Shown here in pieces: positions 9,001 to 18,700 of a stretch of DNA of 62,247 bases. Made by a program: the position numbers and the translations under genes. Below the pieces are notes generated by a model. It searched no databases. It saw nothing but the letters and a program-made list of their open reading frames with translations, and was not told where the DNA came from. The stretch is from an uncultured Caldisericota bacterium (GTDB lineage Bacteria > Caldisericota > Caldisericia > UBA6126), in contig CAZOYI010000255.1 in the NCBI GenBank assembly GCA_964583965.1, positions 1-62,247 of the forward strand, in the 5' to 3' direction. Numbering within the stretch: position 1 is the first letter of the stretch; each line of letters begins with the position of its first letter.

Positions 9001-12000
9001 ATCTCCAATTTTGTCCTCCATTTGAGGAACAAGAGTGATATAGTCCAATTCTTTTTGATCTACTACGAAAACAAAACTACCATCTTCGTTACATGTTATC
9101 GTGGTTTCATTCCACTGGACAACGGCTTGAGGTGGTTGGACAAATCCAACTATTTCCATGCAGTTATAGAATTCATACATATCCTGTATGAACAAAGAAG
9201 GCTTTACTGCTTCTATGGGTTTTTCCTTCACTTCATACACAAGCGTATAGGTGTTGTCGGTTTTGTTCGTGTCTTGAATGCAGTCCAGTATGACTTCATC
9301 GGTATGTTTGCCAATTTCTTGGTTTTGGATGATCATTGAAATATGACGAGTTTCTTTGGGAAGCAAGTTTTGGAAATCTACTCGTTTTTCACCCACACGA
9401 ATAGAACCGTGGTCAATGGTTACCATGGATGTATTGACAATGGTGGATACGATTTCCATATCTTCTTCGGCGATTGGGATTGCAGGATGTATGGATACTC
9501 TTTCTAAAGCAGCATTGAGAAGTGGATTCCGAATCGTTCGTAAAAGATCCAAAAAGAACTCCAAAGAAGCTGGTTTTTGAGTAAAATCTTGATCGGATAA
9601 AAATCCCGAATAAAACCAGCGATTTTGATTCCGTATCAATGCTGCATATCCGCTTTCATCAATTCCAATCAATTCGGTGGAGGAGGAACGTTGAATTTGA
9701 TGCCAATTTCTCCCCTTGGGCAAGACGGTATAACGGTTTTGAATGGAATAGGAAGAGGATAAATACTTTTGTTCTCCTTGAATGCGAATCTCTGTTTCTG
9801 GTTTTGCGGTTCGATATAACAAGAAGCGTTCTTCGGGATCAATACCAAAAAAAGACTGAATGGATTGCAAATCCACTCCGTTATTGGATTGTCCCAAACA
9901 CAACAAACCTAAAACAACTCCTCCGTGAGAAGTAAAGCGTTCCAAGGAAGATTGAAAGGATTGAAGAGGATTGGTTGGTGGAAAATTATTGGTATACAAA
10001 ACGACAACATCAAAACCAAGCGCTTCGAAAGATAAATCACCATTGTCAAACACTTGATAAGGTACGGTACTAATTTCAATCTGTTCCTTTTTGTCTGCAA
10101 AAAAAGCATTTAACTTAGACAACTGGAGAGTGTTTTGAACATAGGTTGTGTGTAGACCAGAAGGATCGGTTAACACCCCAACTCGCATAATTGGCTGATC
10201 GATATATTGAACATCCCAGTCAACTGTATTATCAGAAGAGTTTGATTCTTTCAATAGTTTTTGCGTCTCAAGTCGATATGACACACTACTAGCATGCTTG
10301 GAGTGTAAAGAATAATAAAAAAACTTTTGTGACAGCACTGGTATTGGACTAATTGTCTTTCTTTTTAGCTCTTCTTCTCCTTCCAAACAAACAATATCAA
10401 ACTCTGTGGTAGGGTAAATTCCATCATTACGGATAGTAGCGTACTGAAAGCGAGTTTCTCCCTGTCTCAAAAGTTTCTGGGAATCTGAAGATACTACAAC
10501 AACATCATGATTGTATCGTCCATGAAAAACAATACGTTGTTCTTTTTGATCAGGAGTAATGAAGCGGAGTGCATAGGTTTTTTTGTGAAAATCATCAAAT
10601 TTCTTTTGGTGCATTCCATCGCTGTATTCAATGGATTCCGCTTCTTCTACAAAAGGAGTACTCATATTCGTATAATCGGCTATTACAACTCGCAACTTCT
10701 TTTCATTGGATTGAACACGAATTTCTTGTCCATCATCAATGGAAAACAAAGGCCAATTTCGATAGTCCTGTGGTTGCGACTCAATAGGTTGAATTGCGGG
10801 AACGTTTGAATCTGATTTTCGATCAAAATCAGGATACTCAATCGTAGGATCTCCTTGCAGAGTAAATCCAAAATATGTCTTTACATTCGCTCCATTCATA
10901 CCCCACATAAGTTGTCGATCTGCATAATGTATCAGAGCTTTTTTTGCCCAATCACCCAGTGCTCCTTCGCCCTGTGAATACACTTCTATAAAGTACTCCA
11001 ATATTGCGTCCATATAGTGGATGGAGGTTAGATAAGGTATTCCGTTTTGATAATGCATCGACCACCCAGCATAGTTTACTCGTGCGCCTCCAACATAGGC
11101 AATACCTGCTCCTTGAGACAAAAGTACAGCTTCTGAAAAACTCGTTGGATAAGGGTAGCTGGTATTGTTCTTGAATGGAGCATCCGCTAATCGGTTGTCC
11201 CATGCACCATTTCCGCATGCTTCGCTTAAAACAATAGGTAAACAAGATTTTTGGGGAATGGATAAAAGATCTTTGGCATTTGCGTATCCTGGTTCTAAAG
11301 CAAGTCCTTCACCAGATCCATGGCCAAATGCCCATAAGAAACCTCTTTTCCCCTCTTGGAGAACTCGCATAAATTCATCTTTGTTAAATTTGTTTTCAGT
11401 TCTATACAGTTTTTCTACTTCTAAAGAAGAAAAATAATTCTGGTTTACAGCCTGCGATGTGGCCAATTCACCAAAAAAATGTTCACCAAATGGTGCACCT
11501 GCCATTATGGTTGCTCGCGTGAGCCAAGAAGAATTTTTCGCAACAAGGTCTGCATATAGTTCTTGTTTTTCGACGATTGCATCGGCTTCTTCTCTGTCAC
11601 GAACAGGAAGTCTCCCCACGGCGATTTCGATGGGTACTTCTACGCCTTTTGAATGAGGGGATGCATAAAAAAGATCAGTAGGAACCCATTGATCATAACT
11701 ATTTCGTCGATCAGGAGAAAGAATATAGTACGATGGAGGAACACTTGTGGCATCACCTAAAATCGTAAGATACCCCAGTCCTTCATTCTCTACTACTTCT
11801 TTTAAGTAAGCTCGTAACTTAAAAGCTACTGTATAATCATATTTTGCAACACGGCTGCGAACAGATTCAGAGACATCCAAAAACCCCAAAGTGGACGGAT
11901 AAGCTGGGGCATCCAAAGGTTCTATTGTGTCTAATTCAGACAAAAGAACAACTCTAGAGGTATAACCACGTTTCTCTTGAATCGTTTGGAGTTTGTGTGC

Positions 12001-12726
12001 AGCTTCTTCATATTCATCGGGTGATACAATAATCGCATTTTTCGTGGTTTTTTTTGAGGAAGAAACAAGCCTAGAAGTGACCCCCATTTCGAATGTATAT
12101 GATTGGACAACATACAATTCCCCCCTCAATAGGAATACAGGGAAACAAGTTACCTGAACATATCGATCAAGAGAATCCCCTGAGATAATAAATTGAAGAT
12201 TCTTCGAAGGAAAGGTCTTGGAAATGTCGCTAGCTCTTATTGTAGAATTCACTGAATATATGTCGGACAAGGAAGCAAATTCTCCTGGATCATTCACAGA
12301 AATAACTTCTATATCCTTGATAGGAATAGGCTTTTGGGCTACCTCTAATGGAATATCACCGATAGGCATTTTTTTAACATCCATTGAAATGGTCTTTATA
12401 TACGCAATGGTTTCATTATCCTGCAATGGAATCTGAAAAGTATCCATGGGTACAATGGGGTGCTGTGGTTGATAATACGATGGTAAAGAACCTAAAGCAA
12501 TTCGATTTCCCATTTGGGAAGATTCTACTCGAAGCATTGAAGAGGAATACTTTCTTCGAATGGTTTTTGTCCGAAGAATATGTTGACCCAAAACATGAGT
12601 TTGTTCGCTATATGGCAAAAGATCATATTGCTGGGACGAAGAATGTGCAGCATGAGAAAAAGAAACATTGGTAAAAGCCAAAAAAATAACCAAACCAAAG
12701 GCACAAAGAGATCGTAACCACTTCAT
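6094..12726 (-). CDS. Giant secreted multidomain protein A (2,210 aa): C25/gingipain-like cysteine-peptidase core, Ig-like modules, copper-amine-oxidase-N-like stalk domains, long beta-propeller-like arrays
   Basis: Signal peptide MKWLRSLCAFGLVIFLAFTNVSFSHA. C25-type motifs YLTILGDATSVPPSYY, WVPTDLFYASP, VGRLPV, FGHGSG (His469, nt 11320..11322), SEACGNGAWD (Cys504, nt 11215..11217) and GIAYVGGARVNYAG. Stalk domain at about 8640..8965 (PLRDVVEALGGEILWD). Repeated blade-like [LI]Y[IV].D...G.[YF].[FI]D segments. GGAGG SD before the ATG. Confidence 0.85.
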   Translation of the reverse strand: MKWLRSLCAFGLVIFLAFTNVSFSHAAHSSSQQYDLLPYSEQTHVLGQHILRTKTIRRKYSSSMLRVESSQMGNRIALGSLPSYYQPQHPIVPMDTFQIPLQDNETIAYIKTISMDVKKMPIGDIPLEVAQKPIPIKDIEVISVNDPGEFASLSDIYSVNSTIRASDISKTFPSKNLQFIISGDSLDRYVQVTCFPVFLLRGELYVVQSYTFEMGVTSRLVSSSKKTTKNAIIVSPDEYEEAAHKLQTIQEKRGYTSRVVLLSELDTIEPLDAPAYPSTLGFLDVSESVRSRVAKYDYTVAFKLRAYLKEVVENEGLGYLTILGDATSVPPSYYILSPDRRNSYDQWVPTDLFYASPHSKGVEVPIEIAVGRLPVRDREEADAIVEKQELYADLVAKNSSWLTRATIMAGAPFGEHFFGELATSQAVNQNYFSSLEVEKLYRTENKFNKDEFMRVLQEGKRGFLWAFGHGSGEGLALEPGYANAKDLLSIPQKSCLPIVLSEACGNGAWDNRLADAPFKNNTSYPYPTSFSEAVLLSQGAGIAYVGGARVNYAGWSMHYQNGIPYLTSIHYMDAILEYFIEVYSQGEGALGDWAKKALIHYADRQLMWGMNGANVKTYFGFTLQGDPTIEYPDFDRKSDSNVPAIQPIESQPQDYRNWPLFSIDDGQEIRVQSNEKKLRVVIADYTNMSTPFVEEAESIEYSDGMHQKKFDDFHKKTYALRFITPDQKEQRIVFHGRYNHDVVVVSSDSQKLLRQGETRFQYATIRNDGIYPTTEFDIVCLEGEEELKRKTISPIPVLSQKFFYYSLHSKHASSVSYRLETQKLLKESNSSDNTVDWDVQYIDQPIMRVGVLTDPSGLHTTYVQNTLQLSKLNAFFADKKEQIEISTVPYQVFDNGDLSFEALGFDVVVLYTNNFPPTNPLQSFQSSLERFTSHGGVVLGLLCLGQSNNGVDLQSIQSFFGIDPEERFLLYRTAKPETEIRIQGEQKYLSSSYSIQNRYTVLPKGRNWHQIQRSSSTELIGIDESGYAALIRNQNRWFYSGFLSDQDFTQKPASLEFFLDLLRTIRNPLLNAALERVSIHPAIPIAEEDMEIVSTIVNTSMVTIDHGSIRVGEKRVDFQNLLPKETRHISMIIQNQEIGKHTDEVILDCIQDTNKTDNTYTLVYEVKEKPIEAVKPSLFIQDMYEFYNCMEIVGFVQPPQAVVQWNETTITCNEDGSFVFVVDQKELDYITLVPQMEDKIGDAVKVHLPWYDYKSIEMHMDDARAVANGKRIVMQQPYQYRNQISYCPLRDVVEALGGEILWDSSTQSIIIHQNNTKLSFRIGETEIIVDGETHSLNHPAILMDGTTLVSVECLLYLPETSIEVYMPSRAIRISSEVQIHHENPTVEVLSLQTFEESKENESYLGREKYPMYLPTCIDVYQDELYVSTPTGIYLVEGESTTRIFEYPDFLYRQYPSFIQSSHITNHFFFRMHQDYIILSLNDQFLILDRTTSQLSSIIQPTSTQRFLQPIVYYSTVTDMEVYRDTLYILDVYNGFYIFDLATGKLVSSLTIPNYLYNFEILEDTIYACSYWGSLVTLHVDGSQMQEFEIPLSYCYRLFMLDPFTCLIGSLQNPTKLYFFDLKTEIRSQKKEIDLSLGLDMVEKISMLKNRAVVLGYSYHGQSQIALKSGLFTFDHLLSHGSKTQLFSSDVEEAQKDSSFLSNVQSLHRIPESSYLAIEQGMPYTDQRIRLIDLQTGELKSISTTALHPEIDSIYATHWYKDTYSILFYHHETKEFWFRQFRISPQGSKKMVVSEKLQIQTSLFPDQLAVNDTGFCILDQYQSALHWFQWDGELTDTCKLLSGESPMQIPASFDQMDLDAEDQVHIFDSSTKGIFHYDTAGFLSFTPTATLPLPIKPTNIQYSENDYSLLDRNTSSIYSIKDQVVVDSFSSSQCPSIGCFTESEDQWYVYDEKSGHIRIYHKERHESSQRVLKAEDIVVFPNQLSCDVYPNTSTSLYFSVSIPTTYEDITLHLPSGVISRYFRFGWGTNDTPLKRNSISFRVEIFGWREFQEKTIQEIVIEIDSVKKIIPIEIQTVPPRWEFLNGSPLFTIDQACAIGTLCSLVKNDKIWLSLQDMRRLFDMQFTIEKDLILIDTNCGRFTSKKGSSSYTYHSLDGKTETTEEVFLQPVGNYFLVRADLIFQKLGVSVQYIDESKELVVVEGWSLASSADE

Positions 12727-12767
12727 AAGAACCTCCAGGATGCTGAGTGTTCTCTTATTATACCTGT

Positions 12768-15700
12768 TTATAATCCTGAAATGGTAACAGATTCAGCATT
12801 TCTTTTGATTCTTCCTTTTGCATATGTCACATATAGGGTAGGCTCAACAAATACGTATCTCTGAGAATTCTGTTGAAATAAAACTCCATCTCTGCGATAC
12901 CTTTGTCCTTCTGGATTTTGGTATACATACCAGTTTTCATTGAGCTGTGCCTCAAGGAGAATACCTCCAAAAGATAGGTAGTAGGTATCTTTTTTGCTAG
13001 ATATCTCGCATGGAAATATTGTTTCCATAAGCAATAGATCAATCCAACAATACTGTTGTTTTTTCTCTATCGTACATGGATTTTCGGACCAAAAGACACC
13101 CTTCCACGTATTTGCAAAGATAGAATGATTGTAAAAGGATACAAATTTCTCTTTCTGAACACATTGTATAGAAAGTTCTTTTTCAATTCCATCAACAATC
13201 ACTTTTAGCAAGATTGTTTTCTCTTCTTCTGGTACAAAAGATATTTGAATCACCTGGGATTGTTTTTGTTGTATTTCCTCAATATCAATTTCTTCATCCG
13301 ACGTTATTTGGAGTTCTGTAAAGGGAGCATTAATATAAATCCCTATTTGCTTGTTGATCTGCATTCCTGGATAGTATTCACATACGATGTGATCTTCGGA
13401 AAAAGAAATATCTTCTTCGGAAGAAACAGTATTCTCCTTTAAAAGTAGATTTTGCACACACACATTACCAGCAAGAGGGTCAAGGTACAGGATTTGATTT
13501 CCTTTAACATCCATGTCCCCTATAGAAGCTACTCCTAACGAATCTTGAGATATCCAACCGGTAATGCCTTCCTTTTTACACGTAAAGATATTTTTACTGA
13601 TAGAGTCATGAAAGTAAAAAATATCCCCATCAATTGACAAATAGTTCATTTGAAGAGAATTGGCAAATTGCGATCCGTCAAGGATTTTTGTAAAACCGTC
13701 TTCTGGTGAAACGGAAAAAATGTCTTCGTTAAAGAAATCAATAAAATAAACCACATCGTCAACAACCGTCAAATCCGATGCAGATAGAGGTGCATTCGCA
13801 GGATCTTCCAAAGCAAAGAATTGTCGATATGCCAGCTCTCCTGAAGAAAGATCAAACCAAAGTAGTGAATTTTTAAATGGATCATAGACAACCAAATAAT
13901 CACTAGTAAAGGTGTATGTGGCAAATGCAAAATCTCCATCTCCTACATTGATTTGATAGTATTTTCTATACGTTGGTTTTTCATCATGAAAATCGGTAAT
14001 GTCTAACAAAAACACCAGTTGCATTTCTTCTCCACTATAATCAATATCAAGTTTTAACGAAGAGTAGGATTCTCCGCTCCATGCATACCCAAGTAGCATT
14101 GAAAACATTGGGTTTGCTTTTGATCGTAATGAATGACGGACTATGCGATCCTCTTTTGTGTATAACACCTGATCGGGATCTCCAGGTTCAGATTGTGTAC
14201 ATACATAGCTATTTTGCTGAGGAATAATCTTGACTCCCGCTGGATTTGGAATCCAGTTTTTAAGACGCTTACAGTCCGAGATGTCTTCTTGAAGAGGATT
14301 CTTGTTTTTACCCCCATCGAAATCCAATTGAAGTACTTCTGTTGTAAACTCCAAAGATCCACCGGATTCTTCTTTAAGGATCCCGTAATGAGAAGGTCCA
14401 TCTGCTATGTAAACCAAGTCCCCGCGAAGTCGGGAAAAAGAAGAATACTCTTCCCAATCCTCCATGTCTATGGAATCATTGGACAATACTCGAGAAACCG
14501 ATAAAGGAACCCATTTTTCAACATCACCTAGATTATATAAAGCTAGCGTTGTGTTGTCGACAAACGTAACATTTGCAAAGCTATAGAAATTTTCTAGCAA
14601 GCATTCATGGAAGGAGAAGTCTTCTGGGTTGAATATTGTTAACACATCAAATAATGAAAAAACAGCGATATAGGAATCGGAGCAAGCCAAGGTTAGACCA
14701 AAATCTATTCCAATGGTGTATAGATACTCTTGAGTGACAACATTGTAAACCATCAACCCGTATAACGGACAGAGAACATACAGCAAATCGCCTCGTACGA
14801 ACATTCCTTCAATGCGGTAGAAATTTCTCTTTTCAACAAGAAGGTTGTGGTTTTCATATTTGGGTTGCAGTAAATCACATTCTTGAGTTTGGCGATGAAT
14901 ACGATATATTCCATTTTGGTTATGTAAGACAAAATAGTCTGAGTGAACTCCGAAGGAAAAATCTTCTGGATCAAAGGATAAAGATCGATGGGGAAAATCT
15001 TCAGGATAGGGAGTAAAAGATATCTTTTTTTCGCCTTGATATTGGTGTATTCCGAATGTTGTTGCAACAAACAATCCTTCTTCCGATTCTTGACAAGAAA
15101 GAACATAGGAGGGAATTTGTGCCTGGGTTGTAAACAGTTCTGTCTTCTGGAGGGAAGGAGCAGATTGTATGAATGCACTTGGTTCTACCTTCACAGAAGA
15201 AGGCTTGTAAGCTTTCAACGAAACTACTTGCGATACCCCATCCCAATCAATTTCTGCACCAAAGCATTCTGCAATAAATCGCAAAGGTACCATTGTTCTA
15301 CCATTCATGATAATTGGGGGAGAGTCGAGGAGAATTGACTTTTCTTCGCCATCCACAACTTCAATGGCTTCTGAATTTCCAATTTGAAGCTTGATGGATC
15401 GGTCGATATAGTGAATCTGGATTGTCTGTGTTTTATCTTCCCAAACTACTTTTGCTCCAAAACCATCTGCAATCACAGAAATAGGGACAACTGTACGGCC
15501 TGATAAAATGACGGGCGGAGAATCAATCTTCTTTGATTCGCCTTGGGTCATAATGTGACAATCTCCAATGTGAAGGAAAATTTCAGTCGATTCATACCAT
15601 TTTATGGGAATTTCCAGGGTTTTTCCTTGTACTTCGTCAAATTCAAGGTAACAGCGTAAAGAATCGGGGGCATCTGAGGGTTGAATATAAACTTCAAAAT

Positions 15701-18700
15701 CACCGTTTTGATCAATTGGTATTGTCTGATCTCCAATACGAAGGGAGGATCCAGGAAAACCTTTTCCAGAAAGCATGAATGAATCACCAAAAGCATAGAT
15801 TGGTTTTCCCTCCTCCCACTGATTCAGAGTAATTTGTAGATCTTCTTCAGATGGATCTGGTTTTTGAGCAATATAACGTAAAGAGTATTGGTCAAGAATC
15901 TCTTTCTGTTGGTCGCCCGTCATCAATACAAATTCATGAGAACAAGTGCCAACATGAGTGCTATGCAAAGAAGTTTCTATCACTTTTCTTTCGTGTGCTT
16001 CGAGTATTCCAACAGAGAGCTTCTCTTGATTGTTGACTTGCAGCCATAGATCATTTGTTGGTAAGCTGCTATGATTTACAATTTCGATACACCAAGGGAT
16101 TTCTGTAAACGCCGAGATTGAAGAAGAATCTTTTGATTCTACTAAACCAATGGATACATTTTGAATTGGGTCATACAAAGACTGTATTAAATCGTGAAAC
16201 AGATCAAATGTTTCCGATGATTTCGTAAAATACTGCTCATACATAAGCCCAGTAAAGAGAAAGATATTTTTATTGTTCTGAATCAGTGCCATTCCGTTTT
16301 GAGTCCCAGTTCCCACAATTTGGGCACTTTCCAAAAGATGTGATGAAGACCACTTTTGCTGACCAAACACTTCATCTTTCGGAATCAATGAATACTGGTT
16401 TTCAATTTGATAATTCGTTTTTTCGCTGTGAAGAAGGGGTTTTGTTAATTTGAACTCTGCTTTCGATTCGTCATTCACTTCTTCTGCAACAAATACATCA
16501 GGGCGTATTCCAAAAAAAGTTTGCAGCGACGTATTCTTCATATTCATCCGTTCGCTGCCCGCTATAGAGGAGTGAATTCCTAAAATCTTCCCTCCCTGTT
16601 GACTAAACTTTTCTAAGTCGGGGAGAATGAAACTATAATCCGCTCTCATCCAGAATGTTTCAAACAGGACAAGAGCGTCAAATCCTAACAAGTCATAGCT
16701 GATGCGACCTTTGGAGTCCTTTATCAATTCTACAACCTGCACTTCAATGGGCAAGTTTTCGGCAGAAAATTGTTTGTTGAGTTTATCCACCGACAAAAGA
16801 CCTTCTGCAAAACTGGGATAGTATTCCCCAGAACTGAGTACACCAACTCTACAGATTGGGTCTTCTTGGATTCGATATGTTACAGTTTCTTGGTTATCCT
16901 GGGAATAAGTTTCTCCTGAACTAACAGGTACATTGATTTGGGCAGTATATTCACCACTTGAAGGAAACTGATATTCATGCATCATTGTTTCAGAGAAATC
17001 TCGAGCAATGTAAGGAAAGGTTTTTTCAATTTTCTCCCCTGGTGAAGTTGTAATCTGAATAGAAGCATTTTTCATAGGGTGAATACCCTCGTTCATCACT
17101 TCCACCACGTGCACTCTTTTTTCATTTTTACGTAGAAGAGTGAGATCGTAAGATTCTTGAAGAGAAAGATCGTAGTCATATCGACCATCAAATACAATTC
17201 GTTTTTCTTTGAAATCTTCTGTGCTATATCGTATGGTAGCGTTTGTTTTTTGTAAGAAATCCAATGAAGTGCTGATTGTTTTCTCGTTAGTTAGGGACAA
17301 TTTACCACTACCGATCACTTGCTTTTCTTCATTATCCAAAGTGGCGTATATGTATTGAACCGAGGGAGAATCGGTTTGGATCTGACAATTCGTTTTTTGA
17401 TCAATAGATAGAATGGACCTTGTCCTACCAGTTAGAGATTTATAAAGACCACCGTTGAGAGTTATTTTGGGTACTTCAAAAGAAGGTTTTTTTTCAGGCA
17501 AAGGAATGCGGAGAGTAGGATCACCCAATAGGGTGAACCCAAACAATGTTTTAATATGAGGAGGCAACAAGTAGTAAGAAGTTTGTATGTCCATGATATA
17601 GTATTCTTCCAGTGCTTTCGTTGCCCAGTCTCCCAAAGATCCTTTTGGATTATCTTGAGAAGCAAGGAAGAAGTATTCAACAATAGCATCCATAAATCCT
17701 ACTTCTGATAGTTCTTGAATATAGTCTTCTTCTTTGATTCGATAACCAGCATAATTCACGCGAGCCCCGCCAACATAGGCAATTCCTGCACCAGAGGAAG
17801 CCAATACTGCCTCAGAAAAACTAGGTGTATGTTTTTTTCCAGATGGTGTTGTAAATCGAGTATCCCAAGCTCCATTCCCACAAGCTTCGCTGACAATAAC
17901 AGGAAGTTGGTTCTTTTGGGGGAGGTCCAGCAAATCTACGCCTTTCACGGCATCATCTTCTAACATAAACGCAGTTCCAGAACCATGACCCATATTCCAA
18001 ACAAAAGTAAGAAGTTCTTTTTGAAGGGTGGATAAAAACTCTTCTTTTGTAAATAAATCGGAGGTTTGAAATTTCTTATCAATCGAAAAACCATTAAACA
18101 CATCTTTATTAATCAAGCGACACTGATGTAATTCACCAAAATAGTCTCCCCTAAAGGGATCTCCTCCAAAAAGAGCGATAGCATTTTTCCATGTATCCGA
18201 TTCTGCAAGTGCTTTTCTATAGCGTCTAATTTTATCAATCTGAAATTGTGCTTCTTTTTTGCTTTGGACAGGTAAACGCCCTACAGTCACTTCAAATGTT
18301 AGTGTATCATCGTAGAACGGGGAAGAATAGTAGATATCCGTGGGTACCCACTGATCTATATGATCAAGCATATCAAAAGAAAACTCATAGTAAGAAGGAG
18401 GAATATAAGAAGCATCTCCTAAAATGGTGAGATAATCAATTTCATCTTTTTGTAGTTTCTCCCGAAGCATAGATCGTATACGTCCTGCTAAAGTAGCGTC
18501 ATAGTGTTGTATGCTTTCTCGAAATTCTTCAGAAGCTTCCAAAAAACCATCATTTATAGTCGGATCTTCCGCTACAGGATAGGATTGTACATTCGCTAAT
18601 GTGATTACAGAAGTCTCAAATCCATCTTCTTGTTGCATTTTGGCTAGTGCCGTTGCTTCTTCAAGTAATTCTGGTGGTGTTAAAATGATCGACGAATTGT

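Noticed and set aside
7119-9339. Plus-strand ORFs of 60-153 aa inside the giant genes (for example 7119..7499 and 8878..9339). The same applies to antisense ORFs inside fabG/fabH (45392..45841, 46224..46685), bioY (41438..41797) and the stalk protein (55724..56083).
   Set aside because: They lie antisense to long ORFs with clear family motifs. Their composition is low-complexity and Phe/Ile/Cys-rich, they have no SD, and I recognise no motifs. They are typical shadow ORFs of an AT-rich genome.
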